A stretch of 64,000 nt of DNA from Vitrella brassicaformis CCMP3155 (GCA_001179505.1 CDMY01000077.1:62001-126000), one strand, 5' to 3'. Positions 23,791 to 36,417 are shown, numbered from the stretch's first letter. Made by a program: numbers and translations. Notes: generated by a model from the sequence alone, not told the origin.

Positions 23791-26728
23791 ATGAGCCAAA
23801 CACCCGGGGGAGGGCCGGGAGGGGCAGGCACCGAACGACAACCCACCGACGCGTCGACTGCGGCCGGGGCTGAGCCACGCACTCAACGGACAAGGACGCT
23901 CTTCTCGCGGCTGCCGTTCCCCGCACCCCTGCAGGCCGAGCCGGCCCTCTCTCGCCCTCCCCCCTCCTCTCACCCACCGCCGTCCGAGTCCGAAGGTGCC
24001 ATGCCACCAGAGGTGACCCCGCCGCACCCATCGACACCTGCCCGTGCTGCGGCGGTGCGTGTGCCGCTCCCTCCCCCATCCCCGGTGCCCATCCACTTCC
24101 CTGGGCGTGACACGACGGGTCGGCCTGTGGCGGGCCCATCGAGGCCACCTCCGCCTCCCCCGGGGTTTGGCTCGTCCCCCTCGTCGTCACAGGACACTGA
24201 GGAAGACCCCAACGTCATACGCAGGAGGTATGCATGGATGAATGGATGAATGAATGGCAGCCGGGAGGAGTGTTAGTGGATTGTTGTGTGCGCGAATGGG
24301 TGGTGTGGTGTGGTGTGTGTAGGATGCTCGAGGCGGAGGGTGCGGTGGATTCGCTGCGGCAGGAGGTGAGGGCGCTGCAGACCTCCTATGACAAACAGAC
24401 CGAGGACCTCAACAAGCTGCTCAACGAGAACCTATCCCTCAGGCAGATGGACCTATCAGCGGTACGCACAACCACCCCCCACGCCCACTCACTCACAGCA
24501 CGCCCCATACCTCCGCCGTCTGTCTCATCATCAATGCAGGGCCAGGTGCCGCGTCTGCTAGAGGAGAATCGCGCATTGCAGCAGCAGATCGACGGCCAGG
24601 CGGCGCAGCTGGAGGCGCTCAGGAAGGAGAACAGCGACCTCCGCAGCCACCGTGAGAAGGGCGAGGCGCAATTCAGCGGGCTGCTGACCGAGAACTTTAA
24701 CCTCCGCATGGCCGAGCAGACGTGGGCGGTGCGGCGAAGCCACCTGGAGGCACAGCTGGAGAACGAGAAGAGGCAGAGACAGCAGCTGCAGGAAGAGAAT
24801 GAGAAGCTGGAGGGCCGGTAGGTGTCGAGCCGGGCAGAGGGAGGCATCCATGGACGTACGTCATTGTCTATGTTTGTGTCTGTCTGTGTGTGGATGTCAG
24901 TTGGGAGGAGTTGCAGCGAGCGACATGGGCGCTTGCCTCCGAGAAGGAGCAGCTCGAGCGACGGCTCGACCAGTACTCACGCACCCTCCAGGACATGAGG
25001 CAACAAGCCGACACCAGAGCACAGGAGGTACCAACCACACACACGTCACCCGCACACCACCACTACCACCACCACCACCACCATACACAGTGACTGTGTC
25101 TTTGTCTGTGGCTCTCTTCCTCAGCCCCCGCCGCCCCCTCCCCTGACGGCCGTGTCTCCCGGTCTGACCCCAATCCCCTCCCCCCTCCCCTCGCCCAGCC
25201 GAGTGTCTGTCCTGCCGTCACAGGCAGGCGACCTCTTCTACGGCCTCGGACGCACCGGCACCTCGCCCCCACCTCCACCCTTCCCGGCGTACGGGCGGGT
25301 GCCTCTGGCGGGCGGTCTGAGGTCGCCCGGCGCCGCTTTGGGGTTCGCTGTGCCGTCGACTGAGAGGAAGCTGTCGGGCAATGTGGCCAAGCTCAACGTC
25401 TTCCTGCTGAATGTCTGCAAGTACGTTTGTGTCTGATGGGGGGGGGGGGGGNNNNNNNNNNNNNNNNNNNNNNNNNNNNNNNNNNNNNNNNNNNNNNNNN
25501 NNNNNNNNNNNNNNNNNNNNNNNNNNNNNNNNNNNNNNNNNNNNNNNNNNNNNNNNNNNNNNNNNNNNNNNNNNNNNNNNNNNNNNNNNNNNNNNNNNNN
25601 NNNNNNNNNNNNNNNNNNNNNNNNNNNNNNNNNNNNNNNNNNNNNNNNNNNNNNNNNNNNNNNNNNNNNNNNNNNNNNNNNNNNNNNNNNNNNNNNNNNN
25701 NNNNNNNNNNNNNNNNNNNNNNNNNNNNNNNNNNNNNNNNNNNNNNNNNNNGTGGAGGCGTGATATCGCGTGTGGCGCGTGTTATTGCAGGGTGAGGAAG
25801 AAGCAGCAGCCGATGCGTTGGCAGATCCTGAGCAACGACGACGAGAAACATCCTTTGTTCCGGGCGGTGGTGGAGTTCCCGCCCCTCCCTGGCGTGTCGC
25901 CTATCGAGGGCGACTGGCAACCCAACAAAATGCAGGCGAAGGAAGACGCAAGCCTCAGGTACACACGCGCACCACAAACCAGGCAGCATGCCGACATATA
26001 TCTTTGTGTGTCCATGCAGGGCCTTGGAGTTTTTGGAGAGCGTCCGCACGCACATCGGTGCGTTCACGTCACCTCCCTCCCAGGCAGCCACCCCCTCACC
26101 CCAGCGCCCGTCCGCCCCCCTCGAACAACCAGCACCACCACCAGGCCCTCCGCCATCATACTCATTCGCAGCCCAGCCCGGGCCCCCCACACCCGCCCCC
26201 GTCCCTCCCCTCACCACGCCAACCCAGCCGCCCCCGCCGCCCCACGCACATCCCCTCGGTGTGGGCTTCCCGTTCGCGTCCATCCCCAAGTCGCTGGCCA
26301 CACTCGCGTCGCTGCTCACAGGCCCGTCGACAAGGACGGAGGAGGGGGCGATGGGACCACTAGGCGGCCCCTCACTGCCGGAGGGCATGATGCAGGGACC
26401 CTCCCAGGCCAGCACCGGCACGGCCACGCCCAGCTTCGAGTGGTCATACTTCGCCACGCAGCCGCCCTTCAGCCGGTCGGCGACGTCGACAAGCTGGTCG
26501 CCAGGCCGCGGGCAGCGCCCGGGGCCGCTTCATCCAAGGGGACCATCGTCTGCGCCTCGCCCCGTGAGCGTGCCGCCCTCGCCCCCCCTCACGCCGAGTG
26601 ACCGTGCGACGTCGTCGTTTCCCACGCCGCCGTCTGGCCAGCGGCCGGGCGACTGCTTGGAAGAGGAAAGCAGTGACGAGGACGAGCAACTGCAGCAGCA
26701 GCAGCAGAGTGGGGAGGAGGGGACGTAA
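23791..26728 (+). CDS. Multi-exon protein: Pro-rich N-terminus, long coiled coil, putative dsRNA-binding (dsRBD-like) motif, Pro-rich tail
   Basis: Coiled-coil exons lie at 24322-25026. Splicing across the N gap keeps the frame and gives VAKLNVFLLNVCK|VRKKQQPMRWQILSNDDEKHPLFRAVVEF..EGDWQPNKMQAKEDASLR|ALEFL, which resembles the dsRBD H-P-x-F and K-x-x-A-x-x-x-A-x-x-x-A-L pattern. Confidence 0.65.
25452..25751. other. Assembly gap (300 N) following a poly-G run, inside an intron
   Basis: The N run is seen directly. The flanking donor (gtacgt, about 25421) and acceptor (ttgcag, 25790) are phase-compatible. Confidence 0.95.
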
Positions 26729-27099
26729 TTTTGGGCCTGTGTTCGGGGAAGACGTGGCGCGGGCTCGTGCAGGTTGAATGAATGGTTTTGAAATCTGACA
26801 TATCTGACGATAATGGTAGAGGGGAATTTTGCGTGCTGATGGGGAAATGGCGAGGCGAGAGAGAGACGAGGTTTTGACGCCCCTCTGGTCTGTTGGTGTG
26901 GAGAGGGCGGCCTTGCCTTGATGTTTGTGGTAGGCAAACCTCAGGCGGACGGTGGGTGGGTGAATGAATGTTTTTTGCAGTCTGGTGTTTCTTACTGGAC
27001 GACTGGACGCGCCGGGCCACATTTAGCCACTAAGCGATGAATCGATGTTGTTGATGAGAGGGGCATTTTGGGTCTTTTTATGATTGTCGACTTCTAATG

Positions 27100-29000
27100 T
27101 ACATAGACACACAGATACATACACACATACACACATGCGTACATACCATTTTATCATTCATTTCAAGTACGCAAAGTGGGTGGGTGATGTTCGTGGCATG
27201 CAGTAGCGGTCTCGCTTGATGAATGAGGGATGGATTGACATTGCGGGGTTTTGTGGATGTAATGTTGCAATAATGTGTTCATACCTTTGGCCCCACACGA
27301 TGAACGATTGATAATAAGTGTACGGTACGGTATTTGTGTAGTTCTTCCTTTCCACTCTCGGCGGCCTTTTGTTGTTCGTACGTACAGATCGACCGGCCGC
27401 CCCGAACGTACGTATACACAGACAGACAGACAGACAGACGTCTCCATCTCTATACGCATGTATCTATGTACGTACACACGTATACTTACGTGTGTATGTG
27501 TGTACGTATATACGTACACACGTATGCGTATGTACGTGTGTAGAAATGAATGTGTCGGCCCACCCACTGACTGACTGACTGACTGACTCACTTGCCTGGC
27601 CTGGCTGTGACGAGAGTGGACCGACCCATGGACCACGATTGTCACGCACTCACTCACTCACTCGCTCGCTCACTCGCTCACTCAAACTGACTGACTCACT
27701 CATTACGTGTCTGGGGCCCGAGATGAGCCTTTCTGGCCTGGTGTGGCGTGCGGTAGTGTGCGAGTGGAGTATGCCTTGCTGAGCTCGTAAACCCAATATG
27801 AGGTCAAATGGGGATACTGCACCCACACACACCGACATATGCCTGACTGGCTGGCCGGCAGGACAGAGGGCGCCTCATACATGACATGGAGGAGGGAATT
27901 GCCTGCTGTGTCTGACTCGATGTCCGTGTATGTCTCTCCTTTCGTTCCTTTTCGTTCGTTTAGTGTGTCTCTCTCTCCTGTGCATATGTCTGTCTGTCTG
28001 TCTTCTGTCTGTCTCGCTGCGTGGCTGCTGTTTCTTTCATCGTATACCCCAGCGTACGTACGTACACACATATATACACATCATCAGTACACCTGGCTGC
28101 CTGGCTGTCTGTCTGTGTGTGTAACATCATCATATGTATCTCGCCTCGTCTCTGTTTGTCGCACGCACCAGTACTTAAGCGCTTGCAGACAGCGAGTGGG
28201 TCGATTCCGTATGTACGATAAGGGCACTGTGGCCATCCATGTGTACGTATGTATGTGCACATACATATACATGACTCACGGGCCTCTATTGTACCGCCAC
28301 CCTCCCACCCACACCACACAGACACCCACGAGAGAGACCGACCGAGATATATAAGGAATATGTATGTACGATGGATGATGTTGACGCTTTTGCTTTCGTT
28401 GCTGTTGGTGTACATACTACACGCACTGCCCTGCTCTGCTCTGTGCTGTGCTTCCCTACTGCCTGTCTGTCTGCTTTGCAATGAGTGGGATTAATTTTTT
28501 GCCGTCTGTCAGTGCGTTCGTGTGGGGTCTCTTCCTGCTGGCTGGCCTCACTGATTGATCGGCCGGCAAGCAGGGAGAGGGCCGCACACCAACCACGAGA
28601 CGACGACCAATGGATGACTGGTCTGTGTGCACACGACGCAGTGGGCGAGGCGATGGCCCGCCCGCCTTGTGCCTATGACGTGAGAGAGCGATGAGCAGTG
28701 TGAAGTCACAGACAGCGGGCGGGCGGAGGAAGGGCGAGATGGGTATATTTGTGTATGTGTGTATGTACGTACCCTCCATTGGCAGCACCACATCTGTAGG
28801 TACCTATGAGTGTGTGTGTGTGTGTCTTCCTCCGTGTCACGACTGCTGAGACGGGGAAGAGGCACAGTGGGGATGGATGGATGGATGGACTATGGACGTA
28901 AGTGTGTCTATGCTGTGGTGCAAGTTTTGTGTATGGACGAACGCCAGACCGACCTATTAGCTTATATGCATGTGTGTCTGTGTAAGGGTGTATATACAAT
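27100..29000. repeat. Microsatellite-rich intergenic tract ((CA)n, (GACT)n, (CACT)n, (CAGA)n, TACG-rich alternating purine-pyrimidine runs)
   Basis: Seen directly. ORFs here are low-complexity artefacts. Confidence 0.85.
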
Positions 29001-29062
29001 CATCCAATCCATCGACTCAATGAGCGATTGAGAAACGGCCGGACATGACTTCACTGCTGAAC

Positions 29063-29350
29063 CAATCGTCCGCATCATGGCAGCCCACAGATAAACACCA
29101 TACCATCGTCATGATCTCGTCCCCGCATCCATCCATCCATCAGCTGATCAATAGGTTAAATGTACATGCACTCACTGCACTGCTTCGCCATTGCATCCCA
29201 CCAGCTCACTCACCCAGACACACACGCATCCAGCCACATCAATCCCACTCACAGAACATCTTCTCTGTGCCAGGGGCACGGTCTCGCTCCTGTGTTGGCG
29301 CCACCAGGTCGAAACGCACCTCAGCCTCCGCAATGCAAACGGATGCCGGG
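29063..29350 (+). repeat. Dispersed inverted copy of intron plus partial exon from 52918-53215
   Basis: aatcgtccgcatcatggcagcccacagataaa..ccaggtcgaaacgcacctca matches the reverse complement of 52918-53215 closely. Confidence 0.9.
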
Positions 29351-29509
29351 AGGCATTTCGACACACGAGCAAACACGGAGTCGCAACCACTCCTCACACA
29401 GTATGCTAGTGTGTCGAATAAGCGAGCGATAGGCCGATAGGCAGGTAGGCAGGCAGGTCGGTTGGCCACACGTCACACAGGTAAAAATCCTCCCTGTCTG
29501 CAGGAGGGT

Positions 29510-30030
29510 TCATTCCTCGATGCCGGCCCTTCTCTCTGCGCTCTTGCGGGCCTCTGACTGCGCGTAGACCACCACCAGAAACAAGATGGGCAGCAGCGTG
29601 CCCAGAATTGTCGCGTAGAAGCCGCCTGCATCACCACACAGGTTAGTTTGCTGCCACAGGGGCTGACAGATGAGATTGTTTCGTCAGCTTACCCTCGGTG
29701 ACCTCCAGGGCGTTCAGCTGGGTTGAAAGCTCATCCAGCATCTGAACACACATACAACAAGCACCACGCACGCCCATCAAACGCCCTCCTCTCATCTCAT
29801 CTGCGGCCATTAGGTCTTCAGCTCACCCCAGTGTCAGCATTGGCGAGTGCAGGAGCGAGCATCGGTGCGGCCGCGAGGCCCTCGAGAGCGCGTCGTTCTG
29901 TCAGTCCGCTGCGGCCAGACCGTGCACGCAATGCCGCTGGGTTGGGACCCACGAAAGCAGCGTCCTGGTTCTGGAAGGAAAAGCATGAGACGGCCGCCAC
30001 GAGGGCGCACAAGACCACTGCTCGGAGCAT
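29510..30030 (-). CDS. psbM: Nucleus-encoded photosystem II subunit M with signal, transit and lumen-targeting leader; 3 exons
   Basis: The spliced product is MLRAVVLCALVAAVSCF..RRALEGLAAAPMLAPALANADTG|LNALEVTE|GGFYATILGTLLPILFLVVVYAQSEARKSAERRAGIEE*. The EV..G..A..LGT..P..FL...Y.Q.E.RK core matches red-lineage PsbM as recalled. Confidence 0.82.
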
Positions 30031-31238
30031 CTTCGAAGGATACGAGGGATGTGGTAGGGATGCAGGGGCGGCTGTTTTGTACGTCGATCCACTTCAGATC
30101 TGCGGCTCGCAGCCAACCGATTGTAAACTCAGCGAGAGGGGTCCTTTCGCATGCACGGCAGGACACCTAGGGCAAGGCTACGGCAGCAGGAAAAATCAAT
30201 GAGGTATCGCGTCGCCGCCTACACATCACATCACATCACGCCCATCCAATCTATCCATCCATTCATCCATCCCATGAGTACACACATGACACCCACAGCA
30301 CACCACACCATCGCACTGCAAAAATTGTCTTCGCATCTTATCGCATTGCGTCGCGTCGCATCATGGCCAGGCAGGTAGATCTCTCGCGCTCTTGTTGTCC
30401 GCCCCCTCCTTGCTTCCTTAAAGCCATGTATGTATGTGTGTGAGTGGGTGCAGGTCAGTCAGGCAGCGCAGATACAGCATGGAGGGCGCTGTGGCTGCTC
30501 CAAAACACACCCACCGGCCAGCATGCATGTGAGAGGCGGCCGACCCACCGACCCACCGTCAGTCAGTCACGCAAGCAAACTGTACACTCATCCTTACGAT
30601 GCTCTCCTTACACGCCACGGCACGCCACACCACACCACACATGCTGGCCAGGCACGCCTCGCCTCCTCTCCCCCTCCTCATTCACATCAGACAGACAAGA
30701 GAATCGCTCATCCAACTCACCCTTTGCTGCCTCTTTCGCCCCTCCGCGTCCCTTCTGAGCTGCTCCTGGGTCGGCTAGTCCACCTCACTGTTGCTGAGTG
30801 AGACGCACGTGCCAACAAAGAAGCATACGCAAGGGACGCTGAGGGGGCAGAATGGCAGCAACGGTGCTCCTCTCTCTCCCTGTCCCTCGCTGAGAGCAAG
30901 GCAAAAAGCAAACTAGGTGAAAACTGACTTGATACATGAGCGGAGGGGCGCAAGCCACGCACACAAGACACACACCCAGAGAGAGAGAGAGAGAGAGGAT
31001 ATGGAGGAGAGAGGCAGAGGGGGGACGGACGAGAAAATGCGCCAACACCCCAACACACACACACACACACGGTGACATGAGCTCTCGAGCTCGCGGACCG
31101 CACGCATCCCCGCCCCCCATGGCATCTATCTATCTACCCATCTAGGCATCTAGGCACAACAGCCCCATCCGATCGGTACACGCACGCCCTCTCCCCTCAG
31201 ATGCCATGTTGGTTGGTTGATCATCCATTCAATCATCA

Positions 31239-32851
31239 TCATTTCTTGGCGACTGTTTGTGCGGCTGATGGTGGTGCCGGTGCCTTGGTGACGGGCGGTG
31301 GTGTGGGGCCCGCCTCCTCCTCCTTCATCTGCTCCTGGATGGTCTTGATGGACGTGTTGATGCGGTCGGCAGCCTGCCCAGTCAGATTGTACTCCTTGTT
31401 CAGCTCACCCAGCTACACAGGCACAGCGCGGAAGGAATAGCACACCACAAGTCGTGCGTGGGTGTGTTGGTGAGCCGTGCCGTAAAGTGCCGTGGGTGTT
31501 GGTGTGTAGGTTCACCTGGTCGTAGAACTGTCCGGCGTATTGTCCTGCTGTGGCGGTCCACCTCAGCAGAGTCCCCCGCGCATCGTTCTTCTCGTCAAAC
31601 TCCTGAGTGTGCGTCAGTCAAAGAAACAAGACAGACACGCTACATGCATACCCCTCTTGCACATCTGGTCCGGCGACCGACCGACCGACCTTGAGCCTTG
31701 AGCCGAGGTCGGTCAGTGTCTTCTCGGCGTTGGACAGGGGAGTCGGGTCCTCCAAATTGCCCTAAATGAGCACAAGACAGGACAGAACGGTCCGTCGTGT
31801 GATGAGTGGCGTGTTCTGCCTCGTCTGTCCCCCCATCTCCGTTGCTGACCCACCTTAATGTTGTCATACGCCTTGCCCGCTGCCGACTTGGCCTTGTCAG
31901 CAAGCCCAAAGCGGCTGTCAGCACTGCAGACAGACAGGCAGGGATACAAGAGACCAAGGCAGGAGGGGAGGACCACAGGTGAGGCGTGAGCAGGCAGATC
32001 GACCAGTGCTGTGAATGTATGTGCTGCTCTCTGTGTGCGGTGGTGCTTACGACACGACGAGGTTGACGATGTCGACGACAAACCGCCCCAGCACTCGAAA
32101 GATCTCACCAACCTCACCTGAGCGACAGCAATCAACGACATGGCAGCCACACCCCGCACAGCACACCCATCGTCCACGATGTGTTCACTATGATTCCCTG
32201 CCGCCGACCCGCCTCACCCACCTTGTTGTTTGGAGGCATAGTTGAATAGTGATGCGAAGACGAGTCCGAAGATGGGGTTGATGAGGATGAGGCCCAACAC
32301 AAACCCGACATTGGCCGCCGCAAACTCAACCCAACCGGCGTTCTCGCGGTTCAAAGGAAACACCCCCTTCTTCGGCGTACCTGTGCAGTCAGGGCACACC
32401 ACAATCACACCCACACCCACACACAGAGAGAAAAAGAGATCATCGGATGCACTCAGTAATGCAGGCAGCACTTCCCCGTGGCCGTCCTGTCTGCACGTGT
32501 GCACACGTGCCGTCTGCCCACCTCACCCTCAGCGAAGGTGAGGCTCTGCTGACTGGGTTTAGTGGTGGAGGGGGCCGGTGCGGCAGTGGGCGTCACAGCC
32601 GGTGTGGCGGGCGGCTTTGCAACGGGCGGTGCGGCGGGGGGAGGGGGATTGGGCATGCCGGGAATGAGCTGCCTTGGCGCATCCTGGTTCAGCCGGGTTA
32701 GCTGGGTTGGCTGATGCTGTGAGGCCAAGGGCGAGAGGGTCAGTGGAGCCGCTCCTGGGGCGAAGCCAATTGTGCGGACCAGACGGAGTGGCGCACAGCT
32801 GACGCTGACCACGACGGCGGACAGCGCCACCACCAACAGGCAGGAGTGCAT
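31239..32851 (-). CDS. Multi-exon signal-peptide-bearing (probably plastid-targeted) membrane protein of unknown function
   Basis: Leader MHSCLLVVALSAVVVSVSCA..IGFAP, then a Pro/Ala-rich linker and a hydrophobic hairpin AANVGFVLGLILINPIFGLVFASLFNYASKQQG|GEVGEIFR. The amphipathic C-terminal exons end ..VAKK*. Confidence 0.65.
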
Positions 32852-33027
32852 CTCGGCTGCTGCACTGCTCAACCTCACCCAAAAGCGTCTTCGCCTCTTC
32901 CACGTGCGAGCTCGGGAGAGATCTGCAACTGCGAGCTTAGCCTTGGGAGGGAGCATGGCCTTTCCCGACATTCCCTGAGGTCTTTTCTGACACTTTTGCA
33001 TCGCCCAGCGATTTTGTGGCCACTTGT

Positions 33028-34062
33028 ATGGACCGAGCTTCTTTCGGCGTGCCCTGGCGGCCGTCATCCGATGAGGCAGGCAGCCTCTTTGACTACTCAT
33101 CGGCCGCTCCCCCCTCCCTCTGTGTCCGAGCATCCCTCACGGCCTTGGTCGCCCTGGCGTGGCAGCTCCTCTATGTGGCGGGCAAGAGCAAGTGGGGCAA
33201 GGACACCAGCTGCAGGGTCATCGCACTGCTGCACGCCGCCTACGCCTGCACAGGGGCCCTCTACGTCTGCCTGACCGTCCCCGTAATCTCATTCCCCTCT
33301 CTGTGTGCCCCCGTGCCTCGGGCATTCTGGGTGTTGCTGGTGTCGTGGGGCTACTTCTGGTGGGACCTGGGAGTGTCGGTGGTGGAGGAGTGGGGTCGGG
33401 ACTATGTGCTGCACGCCCTGTTTTGCATCTACATCTACGGCATTGGGTGCCTCACGGACTTCGGGCAGAAACACGCCGTCGCCTGCATGCTCTACGAGAT
33501 CAGCACGGTGCTCCTGCACACGCAGTCGTTCCTCTCTCTACCGTCGCTGACCGAGAGGGTGAGCCCCTCTCTCCTGCTGGGCGTGAGGGTCCTGTTCGCC
33601 TTGTCGTTTCTCGCCAGTCGGCTGATGTTCGGTGGGTGGGTGACCTACGACATGTGGACGACCTACTTCGGCCCGACGGGCGAGTGTCTGCCGCTGGCCG
33701 GCCGGGTGTCGATATTGGCCATCAATGCGCTGTTCCACTGCCTCAATCTCTACTGGTTCGGCAGACTCATCGCCATCGGCCTCGGCAAAGGCGAGGGCAA
33801 AGACAGGAGGGACAAAGGAGCACAGCGGGCTGCAATGGCCAAGTCGCCCTCAGAAGGGGCGGTAAGCGACGCGAGTGGGAGTGAGACGCAGTCTGGGGCT
33901 GAGTCGCAGAGCGAGAGTGACACCTGCGGCAGTGCGGAAGCTGGGACTCCGGGCACCCCGTCTGAGTCCGTCGGGTCGGCTGCTGCTGCTGCTGGTGATG
34001 GTGGTGGAGATGACGTCATGACGGCGGGCAGTGTGAGGAGGCGAGCACGGAAGAGGGAGTGA
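33028..34062 (+). CDS. TLC (TRAM/LAG1/CLN8) domain membrane protein, intronless
   Basis: Motifs IALLHA, SWGYFWWDL, LHALF, LYEISTVLLH, FALSFLASRL and LNLYWFGRLI, with multiple transmembrane segments. Confidence 0.88.
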   Translation: MDRASFGVPWRPSSDEAGSLFDYSSAAPPSLCVRASLTALVALAWQLLYVAGKSKWGKDTSCRVIALLHAAYACTGALYVCLTVPVISFPSLCAPVPRAFWVLLVSWGYFWWDLGVSVVEEWGRDYVLHALFCIYIYGIGCLTDFGQKHAVACMLYEISTVLLHTQSFLSLPSLTERVSPSLLLGVRVLFALSFLASRLMFGGWVTYDMWTTYFGPTGECLPLAGRVSILAINALFHCLNLYWFGRLIAIGLGKGEGKDRRDKGAQRAAMAKSPSEGAVSDASGSETQSGAESQSESDTCGSAEAGTPGTPSESVGSAAAAAGDGGGDDVMTAGSVRRRARKRE

Positions 34063-34099
34063 CCGACTGACTGGTTTTGACGGACGGACGGGGGTCCTG

Positions 34100-36050
34100 G
34101 GGGATGGATGGGCGGCTTGCCCATACTAAGAGAAAGACGACCATTGGGCATTTTTCTTTTTGCGTGAGTCATGCATGTGTATGTAGCTTGCTTGCAGCGT
34201 TTAAAAAACGGCTGACTGACTGACTGACTGAATGAGTGTGAGTGTGACTGAGTGTGGCTGCCTGCCTGCCTGGCTGCTTTGTTTGTTTATCATATCGACA
34301 GAAAGAAGAACAGAAGAAAGAGCCTCCCTGCCTCGGTTTTGTTGGTTTGGTTTATAGGCACGTACGTCTGTCTGTCTGTCTGAATGAATGAATGAATGCC
34401 GTAGATAAGATAAGGCCTTATTGAGTTGGGTGGTTGGGTGGTTGGTTGGTTGGTTCATTTCCTTATCGATTTTGAGCTGTATTTGTGTTTGTTGGGTTCT
34501 GGCGCGACGCAGCCAGCCGGCCGATACGATCGATGGATGGCATGTATAGGGAGGAGGAGGAACGAACAAGCCCTGCCTGGATTGTGCTGTGCGCCTGGAT
34601 GCTATGCTATGCTGTGTGAGGTGAGTGTGTTTCTTGTCTGCATGAGATGGATGAGAGCTGGGGGCACAGCCGGATGAACGACTGCCTTCATACCGAGCTG
34701 AGGCCTCGCTGTGCGCTGCGCATGTGTGTGTGTGTGTGTGTGTGTGTGCGCGTCGCGTATGCTCTGCCCTCATGTGGTGTGTCTGTGTGGGGGTCAGTGC
34801 GCTCGCGCATTTGCCCCCTTGGCGGTGTGTGTGTGTGTGTCGATCGTTTGATGGGTCTGCGTGCATTTGCCTCTTGTGTGGTGTGGTGTGTGGGACACAT
34901 CAGAACCACTCAGGCAGACAAGGACTTAGTGACATTTAAGACCTCTAGAGTGCATTGAGCACCTTCTAGTCAGCTGCCCGTCAAGTGATTGCAATCTGTA
35001 GGCCGGCGACGAGTCGATCGGTCAATCCATCGCGCACACAGCAGTGACTGAATGCACCACCTTTCTGTCTGTCTGTCCATCCATCCATCCATCCATGACA
35101 TACACATGAATCCATCCATCCATCAGCCGCGCACGCACACACACCACCAACAAACGTATGGGGGTCTGCTGGCCGGCTGGCTGGCTGCCCTTAAAGTGGG
35201 GGATGGGCCTGGTCTGGCGTGGCTGCCTCCTGCTACGGGTGTGCGTCAATGCGTCTGTCTGTCTGTCTGTATTGCGTGTGGACACAAATAGCCCCATCAC
35301 TCACTCACTGCCAGCAGGCCACCATGGGTGTCGATGGAAAGATTGAAAGAAAGGGGTCTGGTAGGCATGGCATGGAGGGAAGGACCAATAAAATAAACAG
35401 GGAAGGAAGGAAAGGGCAGGCCAGGGCAGGGCAGGGGGGGGGCACTCACTCGGGAGATACAGGGCGTGTGTGGCTGTGGCTGCGCTGCCTGCCTCTTAAC
35501 TGTGTGGTGCAATGCGTATGTGGGCTCTCGGCTCTGACTGGCTCATGTCATGTGTGAGTGGTCACCTGACTGATTTGTTTCACAACCCTTCCTCCCTCCC
35601 TCCCTGCCCCCCTGTCCGTCCGTCCATGTGTGTGTGCCAGGCAGTCAGTCAGCATCTCAGCAGTTCTATGCAGCCAGCCGCCGTCACACCGATCGGTCGG
35701 TCACACGCAACGCATACACAGTAGTGTAGTCAGCACGGAAGGACGGACGGACGGACACCGAGGACACACAAACAGATGACACAGACACACACACACAGAC
35801 ACACACGAGAAAACAAACAACGGACGTCACTCACCCGGGCTCTCACACCGACGGACAGAAGAACGGGGGACGAAAGGACGGACACAAATCACTCTCACCC
35901 GGACACACACAGCAGCAAGCAGAGGGAGGGAGGGGCAGGCAGGCAGGCCAACGCCAAGGTGGGTCGGTCGATATGCATATCAGAGAGAGACAGAGGGGAG
36001 GGGGAGAGGAGAGGGTAGTGTCGGTCGATTATGGCGTGTGCGTGTGTGTG
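34100..36050. repeat. Microsatellite-rich intergenic tract
   Basis: Dense (GT)n, (GACT)n, (GTTG)n, (CATC)n and (GGCA)n runs with no credible coding signal. Confidence 0.8.
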
Positions 36051-36417
36051 TGTGAGCGTGTGTGTCGGCAGCCCTGGAAGCGTCGTCGCCCGTGTCTGTC
36101 AGTCACGTGACGAACGACTTAAAAGGGGGCACAGCACAGCGCTGCACCCAGCGAGTGCTGACGCACACAACATTCATACATAGTCACATTGACCCCACAG
36201 CCGTGGCCGCATCGATGGATTTTGTGAGCCTGGCCCCCGCGCGAAAATTGCGCCATCTCGCCATCCATCACCGTCCGTTATCTCAACACGAAAACGCAGA
36301 AAAAACTCCTAAAGAGGACAGGGACAACAAGACACACACACATTTCTCTGTCTGTCTGTCTGATATGTCTGTTCCTCACCTGTCAGCGATCGACGTGTCC
36401 ATCTGCCCGTCCACATA

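Noticed and set aside
25393-26601. ORFs of 350-400 aa spanning the N run
   Set aside because: Artefacts of translating Ns.
36239-36246. E2F-like GCGCGAAA motif in a microsatellite-free patch
   Set aside because: A single 8-mer in GC-rich DNA with no adjacent gene start; expected by chance.
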